64,000 nucleotides of DNA from assembly GCA_951406725.2 (NCBI GenBank), contig OX597821.1, positions 38,750,001-38,814,000 of the forward strand. The letters run 5' to 3'. Both the position numbers and the translations under genes were made by a program. Of this stretch, positions 1-10,089 are shown piece by piece. Under the pieces are notes generated by a model that was given only the letters and a program-made list of their open reading frames with translations, made no database searches and was not told the origin of the DNA. This stretch comes from Octopus vulgaris. Its lineage: Eukaryota. Within the stretch, counting starts at the first letter, position 1, and every line of letters begins with the position of its first letter.

Positions 1-103
1 AAATATTTAGTCAGGCCATTTACAGTTTCTGTGATGTCACCATTTTTGGGGATGATACGGTCATCGTGTTGAATAGCATTATAATGAGGATTATCATAAA
101 ACA

Positions 104-146
104 GATGATGATGATAATGATGATGATGAAGGGGATAATGAAAATA

Positions 147-184
<38 letters not shown>

Positions 185-186
185 AT
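104..186. repeat. (ATG)n microsatellite
   Basis: Direct: run of gatgatgat with a few ata/aa interruptions; explains the poly-Ile ORF 20..253. Confidence 0.95.
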
Positions 187-495
187 TGATAAAACATCTG
201 TAGTGGGGAGTTAACATTCTGTTAATGGAACTTGGTCTTCTCAAGCACAGCAAAGTGCCAACTATCTCAGTTCTTTGTCATCTCTGTTAGGCTCAGCATC
301 TTAAGATCAGCCTTCATTATTTCCTCCCACGTCTCACTGGATTTCCCTCTTCCATGAGTTTCATCCACTTTAAGTGATCGGTACTTCTTTATGCAACTAT
401 CCTTATCCATACGCATCACATGACCAAACCACTCTAGTCTCTTTTGTTAGACTACATCTGATTCCTTTTATGCCTAACTTTTCTTTCAAAACATT

Positions 496-882
496 TACTC
501 TTTTACTCTTTTATTTGTTTCAGTTATTCGACTGTGGCCATGCTGGAGCACTGCCTTTAGTCAAGCAAATCGACCCCAGTACTTATTCTTTGTAAGCCTA
601 GTACTTATTCTATCGGTCTCTTTTGCTGAACCGCTAAGTTATGGGAACGTAAACACACCAGCATCGGTTGTCAAGCGATATTGGGGAGACAAACACAGAC
701 ACCCAAACATATACACACACATACATATATGCGACGAGCTTCTTACAGTTTCCGTCTACCAAATCCACTCACAAGGCTTTGGTCGGCCCGAGGCTATAGT
801 AGAAGACACTTGCCCAAGGTGCCACGCAGTGGGACTGAACCTGGGACCATGTGGTTGGTAAGCAAGCTACTTACCACACAGC
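496..882 (-). mobile_element. tRNA-derived SINE with CORE-like segment (octopus OK/OR-type), head slightly truncated
   Basis: Minus-strand head gctgtgtggtaag...ggttcagtcccactgcgtggcaccttgggcaagtgtctt and (taaaagag)n tail; same family as 1966-2370 and 21263-21677. Confidence 0.9.
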
Positions 883-1965
883 AGCACATCCAGTGAAGCA
901 TACTAGCTTCATTCTTCCCAGCCTCATTCTTCCCTAGTCTTTGCATGTCTTCTGCATTCATATCCCACGCCTCACTATCATGTTGCATCATTGTGTTCGG
1001 ACACAAACATACAATCTGCCTTTCACTTGGGTAGAGAGGCAATTTGTATTTGTTACCAACAGAGGTAATATCTCTCTCTACTTTCTCCATCCCCTTCTTA
1101 TTATGGTGATTACTTTCAGAACATCTTCCTCCACCATTAATGAGTTCAACTAGGCAACAGAAACTATCTGCTGTCTCTTGGGAGTCTCCAGAGCATTTGA
1201 AAAATCCATTTCCCATGTGGCCTTGGACTTTATGGCACTTACTCATCTTCCACTCACAAAAACTATTGTCTCCACTAACCTTCCTGCAATTCCATTGCTT
1301 GTCTCATATGTCCATGACATGCACTATATACACTCTATGGAATTTTTGCCTACATCTTTTCTATATATTTTGAGCAGGATATTTATCAGAAAGGAATAGT
1401 GTCTGGCTGATTTCTTGTTTACTAGAATCATGTTCTTTGCTAAGTTAACCTTAAAACCCTTAGATTCAACATTTTTTTTCCACACCTGAAATTGTTGTCT
1501 CACAGATTTCCCTATGAGAATGAGATCATCAGCATACAGTAGTTCCCAGGGGCAGTCGTTCTCAAATTCCTTTGTTATGATCTAGAGTACAATAATGAAT
1601 TGGAGGGGACTGAGAACTGAGCCCTGGTGAACACCTACCTGTACACTAAATACCTCACTGTACTCACAGCTCTCACCTTACTGACAGTGTCACATGACTT
1701 GCACAGATTTCACAAGCCGTTCATCTATCCCTAGTTTCCTCGGAGACCACCATATCACACAGCTAAGGACTTTGTTGAAGATTTTCTGCAGGTCAACAAA
1801 TGCCAAATATAATGGTTTTCTCTAAGCTCAAAATCTCTGCAGTTGTTTGACAAAGCATAAAGAATCATTAGTACTTCTACCTGACACAAAATTAAACTGT
1901 ATTTCATCCTCTTTTATTCTGTTTCTAATGATAACATAACCCCCTCCATAACTTTCATGCATATA

Positions 1966-2370
1966 GGTGCAGGAGTGGCTGTGTGGTAAGTAGCTTGCTT
2001 TCCAACCACATGGTTCCGGGTTCAGTCCCACTGCGTGGCAACTTGAGCAAGTGTCTTCTACTATAGCCTCGGGCTGACCAAAGCCTTGAGAGTGGATTTG
2101 GTAGACGGAAACTGAAAGAATCTCGTTGCATATATGTATATATATATGTATCTGTGTGTGTATATGTTTGTGTGTCTGTGTTTGTTCTCCCAACATCACT
2201 TGACAACTGATGATGGTGCCTTTACGTCCCCATAGCTTAGCAGTTCGGCAAAAGAGACTGATAGAATAAGTACTAGGCTTACAAAGAATAAGTCCTGGGG
2301 TTGATTTGCTCGACTAAAGGCGGTACTCCAGCATGGCCGCAGTCAAATGACTGAAACAAGTAAAAGAGTA
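1966..2370 (+). mobile_element. tRNA-derived SINE with CORE-like segment, full length
   Basis: A-box-like tggctgtgtgg, B-box-like ggttcagtccc, internal (TA/TG)n, tail gactgaaacaagtaaaagagta; splits the RTE coding region. Confidence 0.92.
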
Positions 2371-2526
2371 GTCCAGCATATCGATTCCTCTATAATTACT
2401 TCTATCTAAGCCATCTTGCCCTTTGTAGTAGCTGACTATAAAGGGGTTACAACAGTCAGATATATGTTTGTGTGTGTGTGTGTGTAAATAGAACCAAAAT
2501 TTCAGGAATGGAGTAGATGAAGTCCA

Positions 2527-2613
2527 GGCTACAAATGTTTCATAGCTAGCAGAACCTCGGAAGTAGCAAATTATCCAAACAAGTGGGGTAGACAACAAAC
2601 TGCTCTTCAGGCC
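2527..2613 (-). ncRNA. Type I hammerhead ribozyme motif, core intact
   Basis: Minus strand reads ggc-CTGAAGA-gcagt...gctat-GAAAC-ATTT-GTA-gcc; helix I ggc/gcc, helix II base weak. Confidence 0.7.
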
Positions 2614-2690
2614 AAGGACACCTTGATTATATGAAGTTTACATTGTCGTTAGGAGATTCTGTGTAAACTTCATACAATCAAGGTACCCTT

Positions 2691-2794
2691 GGAATGAAGA
2701 GTAGCATTTACAGTCAAATCCCTTCCCCCTGCTTCATGTCTTTTGGATGATTTACTACTTCTGTGGTTCTACTAGCTAAGAAACATATGTAGCC
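2691..2794 (+). ncRNA. Type I hammerhead motif, core C3 mutated
   Basis: gga-ATGAAGA-gtagc...gctaa-GAAAC-ATAT-GTA-gcc; palindromic helix III ACATATGT. Confidence 0.6.
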
Positions 2795-3124
2795 TGAACT
2801 TTATCTGCTTCATTCCCTAAATATGGGATGTTTATTTGCATAAGCAACAACCCCTGTTGCTAACCATGTACTATAAAATTAACTTTTAGGAAAAATTCAC
2901 AACCTTTTGCAACAATAAACCAGTTTTTTTTCTGAAAGTTGTTTTTTTATATCTTCTACAAATCGCTTGAAGCTCACTGACTTCCTACACCTTGATCCTT
3001 GGATCTTACCTTTGCATATCTTTATATAAATATATCATTTGAAATGTATAGTATTAAATATTCATCATGGCTGATCTTACCAATCAGAAGGGAATATGTT
3101 GCCACATTCCTTTCCATATTGGCT

Positions 3125-3207
3125 AACTCTGGTGAGCGTAAGGTTATATAATCGGATTGTTACCTAACACTCCATTGTATTCTTTACGCAAAACCAATTG
3201 ATAAGAT
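3125..3207 (+). ncRNA. Decayed type I hammerhead motif
   Basis: CTGGTGA (3129-3135), helix II gcgtaagg/ctttacgc, AAAAC-CAATTG-ATA; three core transitions from CTGATGA..GAAAC-CAATTG-GTA. Confidence 0.5.
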
Positions 3208-4307
3208 CAATGGTAATAGATGCTTAATACTATACATTTCAAATAATAAACCCTCTCTGCTGACAGATATATGAGTGCATCTTTTCCCTGACTTATGGTT
3301 TCTCAGATGACTCCCACATGCCTATATATAAAAATGTATGTATATTTTTTGTCTTCTTGTTCATGAATCAAAACATTTTGGTAATAAAAAGCCAAGCTGC
3401 CATAAATTGTTCAAGTTGGCTATCAACACACAATCACTAATTTGGAGTGAAAAATCAATTAATATCCCTGTGAAATCTAGCTTACCTGCTATTTTCAGAA
3501 GTTTCAATGACCATGAATAGCTCAATAAAGGCTTTACAGAATGGCCAAAATGAAATAGAAAAAAAATGAGGAAAGAGATGAAAACAATGGTGGTTGGTGA
3601 TGGGGTGGGGATGCTATAGAAAATATTTAAAATTTTAATTTCGAAGAACTTTTGTCTTAACACGAGTATTTCAAGTGTATGACAAACATTAAAAGCGAAA
3701 AATATTTGAAAAGTACGATAAAGAGGTTGAGGGTTAAAGATTTGCAAAACATGGAGTTTTGGAAAAATTTTATATTTTAAATGCAAATTACATTTTTGAG
3801 ATTGTTGGTATTATAAAATAACAAAAGACAGCAAAAAAGCCTCCACCAAAAAAATTTCATTTTTAATGGTGACAACTATTAGAAAGTATGGAAGGGAAGA
3901 GGTATGAAAATTGAAAAACATGGATTATTTCAATATTCTTTATTTATTTCATGCAAATTCCAGGTGTTTCAAAATGTGGGATTTTATTAAATATGAAAAA
4001 TGATATTTAAAAAATTCTAATTTAATTTTAATAGTGACAAGTTATTTACAAAGTCTGTTATATTGCATAGGTGAGTTTTTGTGAGAAACAACAAAAGAAC
4101 ATAATGTTTGAAATAAAGCAAATAAGAAAATGAGATTTTTATTAAAGCATCTTGCACAGAACAACCTTTACAAAACATAAACAGTGCCATATTTAGTTTT
4201 AGTGGGGAATTTAATGGGGGTTTTGATTCATTGGAAGGTTATCTTCCACTATCGTCTTCACTTTTGCATAAGGACTGCAAGAAAATTCCGGTGGCAGGGT
4301 GTCACAT

Positions 4308-4862
4308 TCATCATCATCATCATCGTTTAATGTCCGCTTTCCATGCTAGCATGAGTTGGACGATTTGACTGAGGGCTGGCGAACCAGATGGCTGCACCAG
4401 GCTTCAATCTTGATCTGGTAGAGTTTCTACAGCTGGATGCCCTTCCTAACGCCAACCACTCCAAGAGTGTAGTGGGTGCTTTTTACATGCCACCGGCACA
4501 GGACCAGTCAGGCAGTACTGGCAACGACCTCGCTCGAATCTTTTACACATACCACTGGCACAGGTGCCAGTAAGGCAATGTTGGTAATGGTCACACTCAG
4601 ATGGTGTCTTTTACGTGCCACCAGCACAGAGGCCAGATAGCCGCTCTGGCAACGATCATGCTCGGATGGTGCTCTTAATACCCTACTAGCATGGGGCTCG
4701 ATTGCCAGTAAGGTGACGCTGGTAACGATCACACTCGAATGGGGCTTTTTAAGTGCCACTGGCACAGAAGCTGGTTGGCCGCTCTGTCAATGATCACACT
4801 CGTATGGTGCTCTTTGTACTCCGCTAGCATGGATGCCAGTCATCGAATTTGATTTTGATTGT
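4308..4862 (-). mobile_element. RTE 3' UTR and tail with tandem hairpin array
   Basis: (CAT)n tail, ttccatgctagcatg, ctacagctggatgcccttcctaacgccaaccactc, ~60-70 nt repeats; same tail as the RT-bearing copy at 22092-23651. Confidence 0.88.
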
Positions 4863-5305
4863 GACACAGAAATAAGAAATTTGTGGGAAGTCATCTGCAC
4901 AAGTATTTCTGATTCTTCCAAATGCTTTGTTATATAGAAATTTTGGATGGAACAAATGGTGGTACTATTTTGAGAGGAACTGAGAAATTCAGAATAGAAG
5001 TTCTAAATCAACTCTTGATAATCCAATTTCATTAAGAGGATTAACCTGTATGAGCAGATTGTATAAAAAGATTCAACTTTCCTATAGCTGATGAACAATT
5101 CTGAAATTAACGAGGATTATAACTAAACTTATATCATATTACAAAGATGATATTGAACACAAATTAGTGAGTGTTATCAGTTTAAGAGAATATTTTCACC
5201 TTAGGAAATCCTGGAACACAGAAGGAAATTTGTCATCCAAAATGCAGCATACACAATTTCTTCAACTTATTTGTGAGTCACACCCAACTGTGGTATTCCT
5301 GATAT

Positions 5306-5522
5306 ATTTTCAAATTTTGGCACAAGGCCTGCAATTTTGGGGGAAAGGCTAAGTTGATTAAATCAATGCTAGTGCTCGACTAGTGCTTTCTCTTTACTGA
5401 ACCTGAATGGACGGAAGATAAAATCAATCCTTGTGGCATTTGAAGCCAGAACCTAAAAATAGACAAAAGGATGCTAAGCATTTCACCTGACATGTTAATT
5501 ATTCTGCCAGCTCACTGCCTTC
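5306..5522 (-). mobile_element. SINE, Meta-domain-like family, diverged
   Basis: Reverse complement of the aaggcagtgagctggcagaa...ggccttgtgccaaaatttgaaa consensus; diverged TSD tggtattcctgatat (5291-5305) / tagtcttcctgatat (5524-5538). Confidence 0.8.
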
Positions 5523-5539
5523 ATAGTCTTCCTGATATT

Positions 5540-5920
5540 GGAAGCACTCCGTCGGTTACAACGACGAGGGTTCCGGTTGATCCGATCAACAGAACAGCCT
5601 GCTCGTGAAATTAACGTGTAAGTGACTGAGCACTCCACAGACACGTGTACCCTTAACGTAGTCCTCGGGGATATTCAGTGTGACACAGTGAGTGACAAGG
5701 CTGGCCCTTTGAAATACAGGTACAACAAAAACAGGAAGTAAGAGTGAGAGAAAGTTGTGGTGAAAGAGTACAGCAGGGATCACCACCATCCCTGTCGAGC
5801 CTCGTGGAGCTTTAGGTGTTTTCGCTCAATAAACACTCACAACGCCCGGTCTGGGAATCGAAACCGCGATCCTATGACCGCGAGTCTGCTGCCCTAACCA
5901 CTGGGCCATTGCGCCTCCAC
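5540..5920 (-). mobile_element. tRNA-derived SINE (third family), young CpG-rich copy
   Basis: Minus head ggaggcgcaatggcccagtggttagggcagcagactcgcggtc...ggtttcgattccc with A and B boxes; TSD tcctgatatt at 5530-5539 and 5923-5932. Confidence 0.9.
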
Positions 5921-5942
5921 ACTCCTGATATTACTACTGCAT

Positions 5943-6158
5943 CAAGGCAACGAGCTGGCAGAATCATTAGCATGCCGGGCGAAATGCGTAGCCATATTTC
6001 ATTTGTCTTTACGTTCTGAGTTCAAATTCCGCCAAGGTCAACTTTAAATTTCATCCTTTTGGGAGTTGATGAATTAAGTACCGGTTGCATACTGGGGTTG
6101 ATCTAATCGATTGGACCTCTCCCCCAAATTTCGGGCCTTGTGCCTAGAGTAGAAAAGA
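5943..6158 (+). mobile_element. SINE, Meta-domain-like family
   Basis: gagctggcagaatc...ttctgagttcaaattccgcc...tttcatcctttt...taagtacc; perfect 15-bp TSD atattactactgcat (5928-5942, 6159-6173). Confidence 0.9.
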
Positions 6159-6174
6159 ATATTACTACTGCATT

Positions 6175-6392
6175 CAAGGAAGTGAGCTGGTAGGACCGTT
6201 ATTGTGCCAGACAAAATACTTCACAGTATTTTATCCATCTTTACACTCTGAGTTCAAATTCTGCCAAGGTTAACTTTGCCTTTTGTACCTTTAGGGGTCA
6301 ATGAAATAAATACTAGTTATGCACTGGGGTCAATGTAATCGACTTACCCTCCTCCCCTGAAATTGCTGGCCTTGTGGCAAAATTTGAAACTA
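6175..6392 (+). mobile_element. SINE, Meta-domain-like family
   Basis: Same consensus, ends ggccttgtggcaaaatttgaaac. Confidence 0.85.
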
Positions 6393-6654
6393 ATATTACT
6401 GATGTATTAAGCTGTATTTGATAACGTGTGTTACAAGCTCTGAAACAAGGAAATTTCTCAAAGCAATCCTTCTAAAGATTAAATTATGGTCTAACATGAT
6501 GCTTAAATTTCTTATTGAGATCGTCTCTACAAAATGGCATTGCAAAGCAACTCACTGATGACAAAACTTTAAGCAAATATGCTGACAGAAAGAAAAAAAC
6601 TTTAACCTATCTTGATATCATTCCCTGTCTCAGTTAAAGGGTCTTGTTTGGTTA

Positions 6655-6849
6655 CCTGATGGTGGTGCCATGTAAAAATCCCCCAGTACACTCTGTAAAG
6701 TTGTTGGTTTTAGGGAGGGCATTAAGCCGTAGAAACCATGCCAAAATAAACAGTAGAGTTTAATGCATTTCTTCTGACTTGCCAACTCCTGTCAAATTGT
6801 CCAACCCATGCCAGCATGGAAAACTGATGCTAAACGATGATAATAATGA
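6655..6849 (+). mobile_element. RTE 3' tail fragment
   Basis: agtacactctgtaaagttgttgg...ccaacccatgccagcatggaaa...aaacgatgat. Confidence 0.8.
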
Positions 6850-7039
6850 GCCATACTTTTCCTGTTGTTAATCCTCACCTGTTTACAGATAAGTTAACAT
6901 TTCCTTAAGGTTAGACATATTTTCAATGGAGATTAGAATGCATCACTTGCATACCAGTCACATATTAATAAATATGATGTGTGATGTCAAGGCAACGAGA
7001 CACTAACACATGCACACACGCACACACACACACACACAC

Positions 7040-7510
7040 GGGGAGTTCAGGTCTCTGGTCTTCCCTATCTTGCTCTAGAGTGGTGAGACTTGGACATTGT
7101 CCAGGGCCTGTAGCAGCCATCTAAACTCCTTTGGTATCAGGACACTTCACAGGATTATGGGTTATGATTGGTCGAATTTTGTATCCAACCAACAACTCTA
7201 CTCAGAAACTGGGGTGTGTTCTATTATTTGTCTGAGTCAGGAGCATCAGCTCAGACTAATTTGGCCATGTTGTGCCTTGATTTTTTCGTCAATTTTCTGA
7301 GTTAGGTCCTGCATATTGTATTCTCTTCACTGAGGATCTTGTTGGGGTGAAAGTTCAAGTTGGTCAACCACATACCACATGGTCAAGGCAAATGAGGAAG
7401 TAACTCACAGAGATGGGGGTCTGCCTGGACACTGCTTGGAAGGTTACCTGGGTCAACATGAGCAAATACCAACAAACAGTGGATGTGGCAACACTGCAAT
7501 GGCACATGTC
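7040..7510 (+). mobile_element. RTE-clade LINE C-terminal fragment (different subfamily)
   Basis: FRSLVFPILL*SGETWTLSRA...LNSFGIRTLHRIMGYDWSNFVSNQQL, a typical RTE LYG-ETWTL C-terminal block. Confidence 0.8.
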
Positions 7511-7645
7511 TCCATATTTGATACAAAGCAATATTCTGTAAAATATAAAAATGATAGTTTCTATAAAATATTTTGGAAAATAAAATTATTAATAATATCA
7601 AAATTTTAGATATCAGTCAGAGGCATTACATAGTTATAACATATA

Positions 7646-8021
7646 CTAGCAGTATCGCCCGGTATTGTTCGGGTTTGTTTCGACTCATTAGAATTGGAAT
7701 GTTTGAAAAGTAAAAATTATGCATTATGTAGCTTGTTATTCTCTTTAAGTGAGCATTTTTCAGGTTGAAATACACCGAAAAATGGCAACACAGCAGTCAA
7801 AAAAATCATTAAAAAATAGGGATTTTCATAGAAAAAAAGCACCTTTTTGATGTAAATAGTTTTTGGTGTTAACATGGTCCGATTTGAATTTTTTCTTCTA
7901 TGGAAGAAAGAGCAAGCCTTCTTCTATTATACTCTTAAACTTGGTCTCAGAGGAGATAGTGTTAGTTGAAGGCTACCAAACCTGCCATACACAGACAACT
8001 TCAACTTTATATATATTGAGA
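7646..8021 (-). mobile_element. Non-autonomous Helitron
   Basis: Minus strand starts TC (tctcaatatatataaag), ends CTAG at 7646-7649, has a subterminal hairpin cccg-n8-cggg at 7658-7673, sits between host A and T, and has no TSD. These are established Helitron hallmarks. Confidence 0.85.
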
Positions 8022-8042
8022 TTTATTTATTACACTATTACT

Positions 8043-8228
8043 GGGTGGTGGGCAGGAAAAACTGTTAGCATGCCAGATAAAATGCTTGGCAGTATTTCAT
8101 GTCTTTAGACTCTGAGTTCAAATTCTGCCAAAGTTGACTTAACCTTTCATTCTTTTGGGATCAATACAATAATCAATTTACCTAATTCCCCCAAATTGCT
8201 GGCCTTGGGCTAAAAATCTGAAACCAAT
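8043..8228 (+). mobile_element. SINE, Meta-domain-like family, internally deleted
   Basis: ctctgagttcaaattctgcc...ctttcattctttt...attgctggccttg. Confidence 0.8.
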
Positions 8229-8632
8229 TTTAGAGGATATTGGTGGCATACATTGCCATTAGTACTCCTGTTTGTATGCATGGATCTACGTATGCATGCA
8301 TGTCCCTATAGTAGCTACAATAAGAACAGAGTGGAAAAAGTTCAGAAAGTCATCACTTCAAATAGATTCTGTCGTCAAACTAAGGATTGTTTTTATGATA
8401 CATTATAGAGGTGAATGTTGCCAAGTAACAAGATTGGAAGCTAAGAAGGGAGCATAGTCTGCTGGATGTGTAATTTTAGTGTGTATAAATACTGAGGCAA
8501 AGATCAGTAAAGAGAAAAACTGCATAAAAGGAATCAGTGGTAATTCTTACGTCGAAATTTTGTTACATTTACATTACCGTCACATATGTATCAATCATTT
8601 TCGCATCCTAACCGATGCATCTATCTATACTC

Positions 8633-8683
8633 GCATTCTGAGGAGATTCACTTACTGCAGCAAATCGAAACGATTGTAAATGC
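8633..8683 (+). ncRNA. Minimal type I hammerhead ribozyme, intact core
   Basis: gcatt-CTGAGGA-gatt(14 nt)aatc-GAAAC-GATT-GTA-aatgc; helix I 5 bp, helix II 4 bp with G10.1-C11.1, predicted cleavage after A8678. Confidence 0.85.
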
Positions 8684-8999
8684 CACCCTCATCTCTGCTT
8701 CTTACTTTTTTGTTACCTATTAAAAACATGCCAGCGTAATCCATGAGTCTCCCATTGTTATTATATCCATTTTCTTCTCTTATATAACCTAAACCCCGGT
8801 TTACCAAACGAACCACTTGCTATCATACAATCTTACAAAAGACTGTACCTACCCAGCTAACAGCCAGGAGCGACTTTGGATTTAATTATCTCTTAGAGGT
8901 ATTAAACTCCTCTAACTTGATACCTATATATATATATATATAAAAATAAATATTAGGGAATAAATCCAAATTTACAAGGAATCGCTAAGAAGGTTTTGA

Positions 9000-9051
9000 A
9001 ACCACCTGAGGAATGTCTAAGATGTGCTGACACAAAACGATCGTAGTGGTT
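9000..9051 (+). ncRNA. Minimal type I hammerhead motif, G12 mutated to A
   Basis: aaccac-CTGAGGA-atgtc(11 nt)gacac-AAAAC-GATC-GTA-gtggtt; helix I 6 bp; lies in an island (8942-9150) bounded by (TA)n, with partly inverted ends. Confidence 0.8.
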
Positions 9052-9146
9052 ATTCATTGTTAAATTTTAATATATATAAATTATTTTATGTATTGGCTTA
9101 AGTCTTTCTTTGTTTGATTTGCATAATAGTGGTTTTGTCTCTAATT

Positions 9147-9180
<34 letters not shown>

Positions 9181-9309
9181 TCCTTATTTAGATAATTCAA
9201 TATCTAGTTACATAAGTGATCAGAAAGCCAAGTATTACTTACATGAGACTTCTTAAACCCTATCTTTGTATATGTGCATGTATGTATACTTAGTTAATAA
9301 TTTTCCTTG

Positions 9310-9770
9310 TATATTCCTAATTGACAGCTCTCAGTTCTTCTTGGTCATGCTAGAAATTTCTATCATTGATAAGCTAATCAGATATTCCACTCTCATCTAT
9401 ACGTTGAGTTTCATTCTTATCTGCAATGTCATTCAAGTACAACTTATTATCTTGTTTACTGAGCTGTCTTACTTTACTCATAAAGCTTACATATCTGCTT
9501 CTTAAAATAGCTAATCTCTGATCATAATTACCATTTGACTTTGGAGTTTCATTATCTTGTTTTCTATATCCTGTCCTATACTTTATCTATAATTTTCATC
9601 CTATATTTCTTCTGTGATCCATCTTTTCCACCTAGTTCTTCTTTACTTTCACACATTATTTCAGGTTTCTTGTGAAGCTTCTTGAATATCACTTCACGTT
9701 TGGTGTATATTTTCCCCATTTTGGCTTTTCAGTCACCAAAACCAATAAAACACAGCCATCTCTATTTGCA
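9310..9770 (-). mobile_element. Highly decayed LINE fragment, probably RTE
   Basis: Weak translated resemblance only (KSNGNYDQRLAIL versus the RTE SDG..EI.RRIA.A block). Confidence 0.35.
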
Positions 9771-10089
9771 CATAAACTCTAGAGAGTAGCTTTAAGATGA
9801 ATCTATCATTCCTGACATTCTGAAGGAAGAGCAAGCAAGATTCAGATTGGAGGACCCAGGTCTTTATAATGAGACTGATACAGGTGGCAAATCATTTATA
9901 GCTGTGATGAATTTCTTGGTGTTTTCCATTTGCTATATATACGTACACATGCACACATACATACATACATATATACACTTACACACGAACACATGAACAC
10001 ATATAGACATGCACGTGCATACATAGATCATAACTTAACCATTTTAAAAGTTTCATAATGACAAAATCAATTTACTAAATTCTTCAGAG

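Larger units (their letters stand above)
250..2460 (-). mobile_element. Decayed RTE-clade LINE (RT and C-terminal region) interrupted by two SINEs
   Basis: Minus-strand translation gives YKGQDGLDRSNYRGIDMLD (~2370-2440), LYLAFVDLQK (~1785-1815), VGVHQGSVLSP (~1605-1640), PWELLYADDL (~1522-1552) and RLEWFGHVMRMD (~405-440), with many stops and frameshifts. These are established RTE RT motifs. Confidence 0.92.
2499..2823. repeat. Long imperfect inverted repeat made of two divergent hammerhead-bearing arms (Penelope-like pLTR foldback)
   Basis: 2506-2556 is the near reverse complement of 2765-2815, and 2600-2642 of 2662-2704; central loop 2643-2661. Confidence 0.9.

Noticed and set aside
4470-4830. 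Regularly spaced palindromic repeats resembling a CRISPR array (also at 23240, 31975, 35975, 39855)
   Set aside because: The spacers are homologous to each other, the repeats are degenerate, they lie in RTE 3' UTRs, and there are no cas genes in this eukaryotic context.
5850-5920. tRNA-like sequences (also at 1966, 17419, 21600)
   Set aside because: A and B boxes are present but no proper cloverleaf or terminator; each continues into a multi-copy SINE body.
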